Below are positions 41,309-52,903 of a stretch of DNA of 64,000 nt, one piece after another. A program made the translations under genes and the position numbers. Location: the NCBI GenBank assembly GCA_965223795.1, contig CBDCXL010000001.1:480001-544000 (forward strand). The letters are read 5' to 3'. The notes beneath the pieces were generated by a model, which was not told the origin of the DNA, searched no databases, and saw nothing but the letters and a program-made list of their open reading frames with translations. Positions within the stretch are counted from its first letter, which is position 1; each line of letters opens with the position of its first letter. The stretch is from Nitrospinales bacterium (GTDB taxonomy: Bacteria; Nitrospinota; Nitrospinia; Nitrospinales; VA-1).

Positions 41309-41436
41309 AGCGACTGAATCAGTAAGGCCGATTAAAAAAAGAAGCCAATAAAACAACAGGCTAACAATTAAACTATAATATTAGGAAATATCCGTTTGAT
41401 TTTCAATTTATTTGTTTTCCACAATCAGAACCCCCT

Positions 41437-42393
41437 ATGTTTCAATCGATTAATAATTTGATAACGCGAATCCGCGCTGCCGGGCCGGGAACCGGCCGTG
41501 CGGCCGTGTTTTCAGCCCTGATGCTGGCGGCCCTGATTTTCCTGCCATATGGGGCGGAAACTCAGGAGGGCCGATATCCGCTCGGTCAATACGCCGCCTT
41601 CGAGCCCACCGGGGACATCCGCCGGTTCGCGGGCGAAACGCTGCATTTTGACATCAGTTTTCTGATTTTCAAAAACGCCGCCACGGCCCAGGTGAGCTTT
41701 GAAGAGGAAAAAGGCAACTACCACGCCATCCTGAAAGGCAAAACCAAGGGATTCGTGGGGTTCGTGACCGCCTACCGGGAACACACCTACAAAGCCATTT
41801 TTGAGGTGCTGGACGAGGGCAGGCGGGTGCGGGCCAAGGAATTCATCCGCACGGTCGTCGAGGGCGGCAAGGTGGAAAAATCCAACCACATTCTCGACTA
41901 CAAGAACCGGGTGCACCGCTGGTTCGAATACGTCAACGAAGACCTGGTGGAGACGGGGAAAGAGGAAATTCCCGAAGGCGTGCACTTCGACGACGTGCTG
42001 AGCGCATTCTATAATTTCCGCAACGGGGTCTACGGCGACATCAAACCCGGTGAGAAGTTCAAGGTCCACACGATTCCGGAAAAAGGCAGCGACCACATCT
42101 CCATCCACGTGCAGGACGAAGCGGAAAGAGAAAAAGCCCGCGTGCTGGAAAACCGGCCTGCCAATGACGAGATCCTGCTCGACATCATCGCGCCCAAGGA
42201 AGTCTTCCACACCGAATCGGGCGTCATCCGGCTGTGGGCGTCCAAGCACTACATTCCACTGGAGTCCACGGTCAAAGACTACATCTTCCTCGGCGACCTG
42301 CACGCCATTCTGAGAGACCGGGAATACCACCGGCCGATCGAGACCAAAGAGGTGTCCACCTCTTCCATCCTCAAGCGATCGAATCTCGAGTGA
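41437..42393 (+). CDS. Exported protein, DUF3108-like
   Basis: Signal/TM segment, GETLHFDIS and DVLSAFY..R motifs. Start uncertain. Confidence 0.65.
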   Translation: MFQSINNLITRIRAAGPGTGRAAVFSALMLAALIFLPYGAETQEGRYPLGQYAAFEPTGDIRRFAGETLHFDISFLIFKNAATAQVSFEEEKGNYHAILKGKTKGFVGFVTAYREHTYKAIFEVLDEGRRVRAKEFIRTVVEGGKVEKSNHILDYKNRVHRWFEYVNEDLVETGKEEIPEGVHFDDVLSAFYNFRNGVYGDIKPGEKFKVHTIPEKGSDHISIHVQDEAEREKARVLENRPANDEILLDIIAPKEVFHTESGVIRLWASKHYIPLESTVKDYIFLGDLHAILRDREYHRPIETKEVSTSSILKRSNLE

Positions 42394-42403
42394 GAAAAAA
42401 TCA

Positions 42404-42744
42404 GACAGGATTGACAGGATAAAAGGCGGGATAAAAATAAAAAATCTGCCTCGCGCAACACCCACAGGTGCCGCCGCGAAGACGCAAAGCCCCCCTCACC
42501 TTAATCCTCAAGCTACCTTCCGGTTTGTTGGCAATGCGGGTGGCAGAACAAGTTCTGCATTCAAGCCACCTTTCGGGTAATTCATAATGCGGGTGTCGAG
42601 CTTGTCTCAACGCCTTATTAAAGGATTATTGGGAAGGTCGCCGAGCTATGCTCGGCCAAGCCACCTTCAGTTTTTTTGATAAGCGGGTGAGCGAGAAGCC
42701 ATTTACGCCCTCTCCCCAGGAGGGAGAGGGGCGGGGTGAGGGGG
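42404..42744. repeat. Nested mosaic of short palindromic (REP-like) repeats
   Basis: GACAGGATTGACAGGAT, CCGCGAAGACGCAAAG, and CCCCCTCACC (42491)...GGTGAGGGGG (42744) enclosing several hairpin units ending AAGCYACCTT. Confidence 0.7.
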
Positions 42745-42884
42745 AATAAAAATACCTCATCCTTATTTGTCGCGTTGAGTCAGTCGATGCAAGACAAACA
42801 AAGTATTTATGAGAGGAATCTGCCCGGATAATGTGGATGGCGGTAGCCGAAAACCGCCTTTGCAAGAACGCCTGCCTTCCCGTT

Positions 42885-43229
42885 TTAAACTTCGAACGCG
42901 GGCAGAGGCGGGTCCTGCCAGATGTTGACCTGGTTGGTGTCGTCGAGCGTCACGGCGCCGAAGTTCACAGTGTAGGGTTCGGTGTGATCGCAGTCGTAAT
43001 CGACGGTGATCCTGCGGATGTCCCACCGGCCCTCTTCCGGTCCGACCAGGGTCAGGCTGTGGGCGTAGCTGTTGACCTCGAACCGGCCTTCGAAGGTTTC
43101 ACCGGGCGCGGTGCCGCCCTGGGTGTCCTCGAACGGCAGGGTGTGGTTGTTGATGCTGAATTTCACCGGACCGGGCGTGCCGGTGTCTCCGGTTTCCACG
43201 GTGACTTTGAATGTGTTCAATCGGGGCAT
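42885..43229 (-). CDS. Hypothetical small beta-rich protein (PLAT/LH2-like pattern)
   Basis: FKVTVETGD.GT...V and W.IRRITV motifs. RBS AAGGA before ATG 43229. Confidence 0.65.
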   Translation of the reverse strand: MPRLNTFKVTVETGDTGTPGPVKFSINNHTLPFEDTQGGTAPGETFEGRFEVNSYAHSLTLVGPEEGRWDIRRITVDYDCDHTEPYTVNFGAVTLDDTNQVNIWQDPPLPAFEV

Positions 43230-43254
43230 GAACTCGTATCGTCCTTTTAGGTTG

Positions 43255-44091
43255 TCATGAAAAATACGGGTTGAGCCCGGCCGAGTGATCGGTCTCATCC
43301 AGGATCGCGCCGACTTTGGGCACCGCCGTTCTGAAGGCGTTGTGAATGCCCTGCTTGAGGGTCAGGTCCGCGGCGCTGCATCCCTGGCACCCGCCGCCCA
43401 TCTGGATGGTGATGGTGTTGCCCTTCACGTCCATGAGGGTGATGCGGCCGCCGTGCGCGGCGACGCCGGGGTTGACCTCGGTGTCGATCACCTTCTGGAT
43501 GTCGTTGCGCAGCATTTCCTCGGTCGGCAGCTCGGCCGGAATCTTGGGATCGATCAACGTGCCGCCTTCCTCAAGCACCCGGCGGATTTCCTTCCCCGCT
43601 TCCTGGGCCAGCGTCTTCCAGTCCACAAGCGTCTTATCCTTGCGCGTCAGCGTCAGGGTGGATTCCAGCACCAGCACGGTTTCCACATCGTCGAGGCTGA
43701 ACAGGGCTTCGGCCAGCGGCGACCCGGCGGCGCTTTCGAAACTGGCGAAGTGCCAGGAATAGCCTTTTGTCAGCGGCCGGTTGACCTTGAACACGCACTG
43801 ATCGTTGCCCGGCGAAGGCTGGGCGAGGATCTTGATTTCATCCGAATCTTCGGGAAACACCGCGTCGGCGAGCACCGGCGCCTGGATCGTCAGCCGCTCT
43901 TTGGGCGGCTCATCCCAGTTGTCCGCCTGCGCCTCGCGTGGAGACGGCGGTGCGATCGCGGCGGGTGCTTCCTGGGCCGCGCTTTCCGCCGGAGCTTCCG
44001 GCTCCGCCTTGCCGTTGCCGCCGTTGCTGTCCTTCTCCGGCTGCGGCGATGAAAACAGATTCTTTAGCTTTATCTTTTCAAACAGAGACAC
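43255..44091 (-). CDS. NifU/NfuA-family Fe-S carrier (Nfu N-terminal plus NifU C-terminal domains)
   Basis: SPLAEALF, VNPGVAAHGG.I and MGGGCQGC...TLK.GI. Confidence 0.9.
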   Translation of the reverse strand: MSLFEKIKLKNLFSSPQPEKDSNGGNGKAEPEAPAESAAQEAPAAIAPPSPREAQADNWDEPPKERLTIQAPVLADAVFPEDSDEIKILAQPSPGNDQCVFKVNRPLTKGYSWHFASFESAAGSPLAEALFSLDDVETVLVLESTLTLTRKDKTLVDWKTLAQEAGKEIRRVLEEGGTLIDPKIPAELPTEEMLRNDIQKVIDTEVNPGVAAHGGRITLMDVKGNTITIQMGGGCQGCSAADLTLKQGIHNAFRTAVPKVGAILDETDHSAGLNPYFS

Positions 44092-44310
44092 GGAACACTC
44101 TCCTGTTGGTGGACGTACGCGCTTCCAATGTTAGATTCCGATTTTATCCCAGAGATTCAAACCGGTGGGATTTAAAACCCCTGAGCGCCGGAGAATCGGG
44201 AGGCCCGATACGGGGAACCGGCTGTCGGCCGCGGACCGTCCCGCCGCGGGGCCTGCGCCGCCCGGGGCCCTGTAAGAACGGCCCACTGGCTGCATTTTCA
44301 GGAACATCGG

Positions 44311-44384
44311 GCGGTCACACCCGGAACGCGTCCTGCAGCACTTCCACCGCATACGAATCGGGATTTTCGGGAGAGCCGGTGACG
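44311..44384 (-). repeat. Displaced duplicate of the yraN 3' end (att-like direct repeat)
   Basis: 72/74 identical to 45241-45314. Confidence 0.95.
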
Positions 44385-44402
44385 CAAAATCCGTCTCTTC
44401 GC

Positions 44403-45086
44403 TCAACCTTTCAACCGCGCGATCACCAAATCGGCAACCGCACCCCCCGAAGCGGGGTTTTGCCCTGTGATCAGCCGCACATCTTCTATGGCAAAGGCTT
44501 GCCAAGGCTCATTTGCCTTCTCGTACTTGGCCCCTCGTTTTTTTAACTCGTCTTCAGTGAGGTAGGGAACATGCTTGTCCAATTCGGCCAAACGCTCTTC
44601 CGTATTGGAAAACCCTGTTACCTTTTTGTTCTTGATGAGATACGAACCGTCTGAGAGCTTTATGTTCAACAGACCGACCGCGCCATGACAAACGGATGAA
44701 ACGATCCCTCCGTTTTCATAAATGTCACGACTGAGCGATTGCAGATTTTCATTATCCGGGAAATCCCATATAACGCCATGCCCACCCACGAAGTAGATCG
44801 CGGCATAATCGTGGGCATTGACCTCGCTCAGTTTTAACGTGGCACCAAGGCGGTTCATGAACGCCTTATTTTGATACCACTCCCAGTCGATGGGTTCGGC
44901 CATTGCGAGGCTATGAGGATCGATTGGAGTGTAACCTCCTTTGGGGCTTGCGTAATCCACCTCAAATCCCGCGGCTTCAATTTTCTGGACGAAGTGAACT
45001 GCTTCACCAAGCCAAACGCCGGTCGCTCGATCCAGATTGGGATATTTCTCAGTTCCTGTCAGCACCACAAGTATTTTCTTGCTCAT
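44403..45086 (-). CDS. DJ-1/PfpI family protein (type 1 glutamine amidotransferase-like, Hsp31/glyoxalase III-like)
   Basis: TG.WL.E, ASPKGG..PIDP.S, GGHG..WD, VCHG and LITGQNP.S. Confidence 0.92.
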   Translation of the reverse strand: MSKKILVVLTGTEKYPNLDRATGVWLGEAVHFVQKIEAAGFEVDYASPKGGYTPIDPHSLAMAEPIDWEWYQNKAFMNRLGATLKLSEVNAHDYAAIYFVGGHGVIWDFPDNENLQSLSRDIYENGGIVSSVCHGAVGLLNIKLSDGSYLIKNKKVTGFSNTEERLAELDKHVPYLTEDELKKRGAKYEKANEPWQAFAIEDVRLITGQNPASGGAVADLVIARLKG

Positions 45087-45244
45087 GGTTCACTCCTGAA
45101 TCATATAGGGTTGGGCGGCAAACCCCTGTGATGAAATCACGTGTTTGCGCCATCTCATCTATTTTTGTAAATCTCAGTCTGTGAGCAGTTGAAATTCCTG
45201 TTTTTTATCCAACTGCTAATTGAGAGCAGTTTATCATTGAGCGG

Positions 45245-45616
45245 TCACACCCGGAACGCGTCCTGCAGCACTTCCACCGCATACGCATCGGGGTTTTCGG
45301 GAGAGCCGGTGACGGTCACCACATCGAACCGGAGGTCGCGGTTCTGAATCGCGTGCCGGGCGAGAAAGCCGCGGGCGGCGCGGGCGATGCGCGCCTGCTT
45401 CCTCTGGGTGAGCGCCGTGAGGGGATGGCCGAACTGCGCGTCGGCGCGCGATTTCACTTCGATGAACACGATGACGTTTTTGTGCTCGGCGATGAGGTCG
45501 ATTTCCGCTCCGGCGTATTTGAAGTTTTCCTCAAGGATGCGGTAGCCCTGCTTCCTGAGATGCGCGCGCGCCGCCTTCTCCCCCGCCCTGCCGAAATCCT
45601 GCCGCGCTTTCGTCAT
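45245..45616 (-). CDS. yraN: YraN family protein (UPF0102, PD-(D/E)xK fold)
   Basis: G..GE..A...L...GY.I...N, EIDLIA, FIEVKSR, RFDVV and DAF. Confidence 0.94.
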   Translation of the reverse strand: MTKARQDFGRAGEKAARAHLRKQGYRILEENFKYAGAEIDLIAEHKNVIVFIEVKSRADAQFGHPLTALTQRKQARIARAARGFLARHAIQNRDLRFDVVTVTGSPENPDAYAVEVLQDAFRV

Positions 45617-45674
45617 GGGTCACCTCGAACAAGAAGAAACAGGATAACCGGTTAATACCGGAATAAAAAACTGT

Positions 45675-45964
45675 CTCGCGCAAAGCCGCGAAGACGCAAA
45701 GAAAGGCTTAAGACAGAAAAGCTTTTGACAGGATGAACAGGATAAAAGCAAAGATAAAATGATAAAACTTTTGTCTTCGCAACACCCACAGAGTGACTCC
45801 GCCAAGCCAGTATTTAAAGAAAAAAATAAGAAAATACTCCTCTCCCCACTTCGGGGGGGGAGAGAATTATGGTGAGGGGGGGCTTTATGTACGTTGCGCC
45901 TCTGCGGCTTTGCGCGAGGTTTTTTTCCTGTCTCTTTATCGGTTTTTCATCCTGTCATCCTGTC
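45675..45964. repeat. Second mosaic of interleaved inverted repeats
   Basis: CTCGCGCAAAGCCGC (45675) pairs with GCGGCTTTGCGCGAG (ends 45918). GACAGGATGAACAGGAT (45727) pairs with ATCCTGTCATCCTGTC (ends 45964). Central CTCTCCCC...GGGGAGAG..GGTGAGGGGG. Confidence 0.75.
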
Positions 45965-46016
45965 CAAATTTTTACGGTCGATTGAATTCGCCCGTTTTGC
46001 CTGCTAGAATTTTTGC

Positions 46017-46424
46017 ATGATTCTGAGCTGGGAAGACATTGCGGGCGGCGAGACGATCGCGGCGTTTCTCGTCTGGCTGGTGCTGACGGCGCTGTTCTAT
46101 CTGGTGTGCTACATCGCCGTGCTCAACGTCATCGACGACCTGTCGAGAAACAACCCGATGAAAGTGCCGATGATGTTCGGCGCTTCCGTCCCCACCGCCG
46201 GGCTCATGGCGATCTTCGGCTACAAGCCGCTGGTGTGGGTGATCCTGGTCGCGGCCGCCAATTTCTTCCGCGTCCGGGAACTCGGTCAGCCGGGCAAAAA
46301 ACTGGAAGGGCTCGCCGTCAACCGGCCGCTGTTCTACCTGGGCAGCTACCTGTACATCGCCGCGGCGGGCATCCTGGCGTTTTATTTCCAGTCCGCCAGC
46401 TTCCGCGCCATCCTGGAAAACTGA
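46017..46424 (+). CDS. Hypothetical membrane protein
   Basis: 135 aa, about 4 hydrophobic helices, typical codon usage. Confidence 0.75.
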   Translation: MILSWEDIAGGETIAAFLVWLVLTALFYLVCYIAVLNVIDDLSRNNPMKVPMMFGASVPTAGLMAIFGYKPLVWVILVAAANFFRVRELGQPGKKLEGLAVNRPLFYLGSYLYIAAAGILAFYFQSASFRAILEN

Positions 46425-46505
46425 CTGCAATCGAAAACTAAAGTGCCGGGCATCGGCATTGTATTTCCAGCCATAACCTCTTCGCGCCACCTTGTAACAC
46501 TGAAA

Positions 46506-47231
46506 TCATTCGGACGACAGACGCGGCAGCCACATGCCGGTGCGCTCGCGGAATTTCCGGTAGGGTTCGCCGAATTGTTCCGCCAGCGCCTTCTCTTCAT
46601 GGTGGATGCGGTACTGAAAGCCGAACCAGGCGGACAGCATCCCAAGCGCGCCCCACAGCCAGGAATGGGTGGTGACGGCGTAGGCTGCGATGACGATCAT
46701 CATGGCGGTGTAGGAAGGATGCCGCATGATGCCGTACAACTGATCGGTCTTGAGCGTCTGCTTGTCACGGAAGGCGATGTCGAACTTGAAGGCCACCGAA
46801 CCGATCTGGTAGACGGCGACGATGCGCATCACCGAACCGAATCCGAACAGCCCGGCGATGACGGCGGCTTCGAGCCCGGAGACCGGCAGCGCCGTGGCGC
46901 GCGCGATGAAAGAAAGCCCGACCAGCGCCAGCGCGATCGGAAACGTGTGGCCGATGAGCTGCATCCAGAAGTCTTTGTCGAAGGTGATGTCCTCGGGCTT
47001 GACGGTGATCATGAAGATCACCAGCTCGATGATGCCGAAGATCGTGTTGAGCAGCGAAACGATCAAAAACCGTTCGGCGTTGGTTTCGGTGAGCCCGAAC
47101 GGCACGAGCGGCGCGAAGTAGATCAATCCCACCATCAGGATGTTGAAGTTTAAGTTGCGGATGAGGGCCACCGCCCACACGGCGGCGTAAATCGCGAGGT
47201 TCAGGTGGATGATGAATCGGATCGTTTCCAA
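46506..47231 (-). CDS. Isoprenylcysteine carboxylmethyltransferase/PEMT-family membrane protein
   Basis: L.T..LY...RHPSY and RI..EE..L...FGE.Y..F. Confidence 0.85.
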   Translation of the reverse strand: METIRFIIHLNLAIYAAVWAVALIRNLNFNILMVGLIYFAPLVPFGLTETNAERFLIVSLLNTIFGIIELVIFMITVKPEDITFDKDFWMQLIGHTFPIALALVGLSFIARATALPVSGLEAAVIAGLFGFGSVMRIVAVYQIGSVAFKFDIAFRDKQTLKTDQLYGIMRHPSYTAMMIVIAAYAVTTHSWLWGALGMLSAWFGFQYRIHHEEKALAEQFGEPYRKFRERTGMWLPRLSSE

Positions 47232-47597
47232 TGGTTTGAATCTCCCGGCGCTGAAAAAAGCGCCGCGTTTACCCTAACTTTTTGAAATCGCGCTGGTTTC
47301 AGAGCCGATGCGCGGGTGTGGAAAACGGGCCGCGCGGCGTCGGGGACGGCGGGTTTTCCACAGCCGCGATTTATCCGCAAACCCTTGGAAAACCTGGAAA
47401 TTAATTAAATCCGGGCCGGTCATTCCCCTGTTCTTTACCGCGGTTTTATTATAATATAGATCAGCCTTCAACCGGATCGTGTTCAATGGGACGGCCTTTC
47501 GAGCGGACCGGTGTCGGCGCTTTCGATCCCGACCGGGGATCCTGCCTTTAAAACCCGGATTGAGGCACTCAATCATTTCAATAATAAGGGGTTCGTG

Positions 47598-49988
<2,391 letters not shown>

Positions 49989-50097
49989 CGCGCGTCCGTC
50001 GTTTCGACACTCAGGATTCGAATGGAAGGGAGCGGATGCAAGCGGGTTTTCCAAGGGCAGAACCGACGATGAAACGACCGGCAAGGTTCGACACCGC

Positions 50098-50979
50098 ATG
50101 CTGACCAGCATGACCGGGTTCGGCCGGAGTGAACGCACGAGCGGTGAGACCCTCTGCAAAGTGGAAATCCGTTCGGTCAACAACCGATACCTCGAAGTCA
50201 ACACACGCATTCCCAAAAATCTGTTCGGCCTGGAGGCCGCCCTCAAAAAACGGGTGAAGGACCGGTGCGCCCGGGGTTCGTTCGATCTCAGCATCACGCT
50301 TGAAAATAACAACAGCAACGGCGGCGACCTGACGATTCAGCCCAATCTGGAACTGGCGGCGCAGTACCTTGAGGCGTACCGCAAACTCCAGCAGCACCTG
50401 AACCTGGACGGCGAGATCGACATTCAGTCCATGCTGGGGCTGAAGGACGTGCTCAAGGCGGAAGCGGCGGAGATCGACCCATCCTGCGAGGAGCTGATTC
50501 TCGACACGGTGGACGCCTCGCTCACCGTGCTGATCGAAATGCGCCGGGAAGAAGGCAAACACCTTGAGGCCGACATTCTGAGCCGGATCGACGCCATCGA
50601 GCAGCAGGCTGAAGCCGTGCGTTTGCTGCAGCCGGAAGTGATTCAGGGATACAAGGAGCGGCTGAAGGAACGCATCCAGATGCTGAACGAAAGCGCCGAG
50701 GTCGACGCCGTGCGCCTGGCACAGGAAACGGCGATCATGGCGGACCGCTGCGACGTGACCGAAGAAGTCATCCGGCTGGAAAGCCACCTCAACCAGTTCC
50801 GCGGACTCACAAAGAAAGAAGAGCCCACGGGCCGGAAGCTGGAGTTCATCACCCAGGAGATCAACCGGGAGACCAACACCATCGGCTCCAAGTCGATCGA
50901 CAACCGGGTTTCCCAGGCGGTGATCGAAATCAAGGGCGAGCTGGAAAAGATCCGCGAGCAGCTGCAGAACATCGAATGA
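50098..50979 (+). CDS. yicC: YicC/YloC family endoribonuclease
   Basis: SMTGFGR, EIRSVN.RYL, DVTEE..RL.SH, GRKLEF..QE.NRE.NTIGSK and REQLQNIE. Confidence 0.94.
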   Translation: MLTSMTGFGRSERTSGETLCKVEIRSVNNRYLEVNTRIPKNLFGLEAALKKRVKDRCARGSFDLSITLENNNSNGGDLTIQPNLELAAQYLEAYRKLQQHLNLDGEIDIQSMLGLKDVLKAEAAEIDPSCEELILDTVDASLTVLIEMRREEGKHLEADILSRIDAIEQQAEAVRLLQPEVIQGYKERLKERIQMLNESAEVDAVRLAQETAIMADRCDVTEEVIRLESHLNQFRGLTKKEEPTGRKLEFITQEINRETNTIGSKSIDNRVSQAVIEIKGELEKIREQLQNIE

Positions 50980-51040
50980 CCGTCAACGAGGCCGCCGGCC
51001 TCTAAACGCACGCCGGAGAACACAGCAGCGCATTTGTATC

Positions 51041-51174
51041 GAGCCCTTTGCACAAGTCTCGTTTATTGTCATGCTGAGCCTGTCGAAGCATGATTGAGCA
51101 CCCTTCGACAAGCTCAGGGTGACAATGCATTAAATTTTAATTTTCTAATCGGGCCGACTTGTGCAAAAGGTCTC
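51041..51174. mobile_element. MITE-like element with REP-like core (copy 2)
   Basis: GAGCCCTTTGCACAAGTC ... GACTTGTGCAAAAGGTCTC, with a core nearly identical to copy 1. Confidence 0.8.
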
Positions 51175-51190
51175 TCTTGGACCGGAAGAC

Positions 51191-51820
51191 ATGAAACCAA
51201 ACGGCATCGCTTTCATCGTTTCCGCACCGTCGGGCACAGGCAAGACCACGATCCTGCAGCGCCTCAGGGAGCGTCTGCCGCGGCTCGAAATCTCGGTGTC
51301 GCACACGACGCGCGCACCGCGCGAAGGGGAAGAGAACGGCGCCGCGTATCATTTCGTCACGCAGGCGGAATTCAAAAAGATGATCGATGCGGGCGCATTT
51401 TTAGAGCACGCCGAAATCTGCGGCCATCATTACGGCACCGCGCACGATTCGGTGCGAGAACGGCTGGAAACGGGGGCGGACCTGATCCTGGAGCTCGACG
51501 TGCAGGGCGCCCGTTCGCTGCGCGCGTTGAAGTATCCCGGCGTGTACCTGTTCATCCTGCCGCCGTCGCTCAAGGAACTGGAAGCGCGGCTCAAGGGACG
51601 CGGCACCGAAACGGAAGATTCGATCCAGAGGCGGCTTGAGACGGGGAAAGAAGAGATCAAGCAATACGCCCTGTATGATTACGTGGTGGTCAACGGCGAG
51701 CTCGACGCAACGGTGGAAAACATCCTTTCGATCTTCAACGCGGAGCGTTTCCGCACCAGCCGCTTCGTGCCGCCGGCGGACGACATTCAAACCCTGCTGA
51801 AACCGAAAGTGAGCGCGTGA
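51191..51820 (+). CDS. gmk: Guanylate kinase
   Basis: SAPSGTGKTT, SHTTRAPREGE, YGT, DVQGA and PPSL.ELE.RL..RG. Confidence 0.95.
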   Translation: MKPNGIAFIVSAPSGTGKTTILQRLRERLPRLEISVSHTTRAPREGEENGAAYHFVTQAEFKKMIDAGAFLEHAEICGHHYGTAHDSVRERLETGADLILELDVQGARSLRALKYPGVYLFILPPSLKELEARLKGRGTETEDSIQRRLETGKEEIKQYALYDYVVVNGELDATVENILSIFNAERFRTSRFVPPADDIQTLLKPKVSA

Positions 51821-52887
51821 TGTCCCGGGTCGACCTGATGAATCTTGTGCGCGGCAAGGTGAAAACCTTAAACGCCTACCATGTGGAAAGCATCGACTGC
51901 GCGGTGAAGCTGCACGCCAATGAAAATCCGTTCGCGCCGCCGGAGGAGCTGATCCAGCGGTTCCGCGAAACGGATTTCAAGCTCAACCGTTATCCCGATC
52001 CGGACGGCCAGGTTCTCAAGCAGGCGATCTCAAAGCGCATCGACGTGGCGCCGGAAAGCCTGGTGATCGGAAACGGCTCGGACGAGCTGATCCAGCTCAT
52101 CCTGCAGGTGTTCTGCGACGCGGGAGACGCGTTCGCGTTTTCCGATCCCACGTTCGCCATGTATTCCATCATCGGCCGTGGCATGGGCCTCAATCCGTTC
52201 GCGGTCGACCTCGATGAAAACTGGGACCTGAACGCGGCGGAGTTTCTCAACACGATGGAGTCGCACCACCCGCGCGTGATCTTCGTCAGCTACCCCAACA
52301 ACCCGACGGGAAACTGCTACGCCGAGAACGAAATCCGCATTCTCATCGAATCGTTTCCGGGCATCGTGGTGCTGGACGAGGCGTATTACGATTTTTCCCG
52401 CAAGAGTTTTCTCAGCGACATCAAGGAGCACAACAACCTGATCATTCTGCGCAGTTTGTCGAAGATCGGCCTGGCCGGGCTGCGCGTGGGGTACGGCGTC
52501 GCCGACCCGGTGATCATCGAGCAGATCAACAAGGTGCGGCTGCCCTACAACTCCAACATCATCTCGCAGACGCTGGCGGCCGGGGTGCTGGAAAAATTTT
52601 CTCTGGTGCAGCAGCAGATCGACGCCATCCTCGAAGAACGGGACCGCCTGGCCGAGGCGCTGGCGGCGATCCCCGGAATCCGGGCCTACCCCTCGGATTC
52701 GAATTTCATCCTGATGCGGGTCGAATCCGGATCGGGCGAGGCGGTGTTCCGCGATCTGATGGGCAAGGGCATTCTCATCCGCAACCTCAACGCGCACCCC
52801 CGGCTCAAGGACTGCCTGCGGGTCACGGTGGGAACGCGGGAAGAAAACGACCAGTTTCTCACACAGATGCAATCGCTCGCGCCCTAA
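51820..52887 (+). CDS. hisC: Histidinol-phosphate aminotransferase
   Basis: LHANENP, NRYPD, GNGSDE, PNNPTG, DEAY, RSLSK.GLAGLRVG and RVTVG. Confidence 0.93.
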   Translation: MSRVDLMNLVRGKVKTLNAYHVESIDCAVKLHANENPFAPPEELIQRFRETDFKLNRYPDPDGQVLKQAISKRIDVAPESLVIGNGSDELIQLILQVFCDAGDAFAFSDPTFAMYSIIGRGMGLNPFAVDLDENWDLNAAEFLNTMESHHPRVIFVSYPNNPTGNCYAENEIRILIESFPGIVVLDEAYYDFSRKSFLSDIKEHNNLIILRSLSKIGLAGLRVGYGVADPVIIEQINKVRLPYNSNIISQTLAAGVLEKFSLVQQQIDAILEERDRLAEALAAIPGIRAYPSDSNFILMRVESGSGEAVFRDLMGKGILIRNLNAHPRLKDCLRVTVGTREENDQFLTQMQSLAP

Positions 52888-52903
52888 GCGCGTTATTCAG
52901 TGC

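Larger units (their letters stand above)
44311..45314. mobile_element. One-gene islet integrated at the yraN 3' end
   Basis: Bounded by 74-bp direct repeats, lower-GC cargo, and no integrase. Confidence 0.75.

Noticed and set aside
42491..42744. Possible CRISPR array
   Set aside because: Units differ in length and sequence, there is no regular repeat-spacer period, and there are no cas genes.
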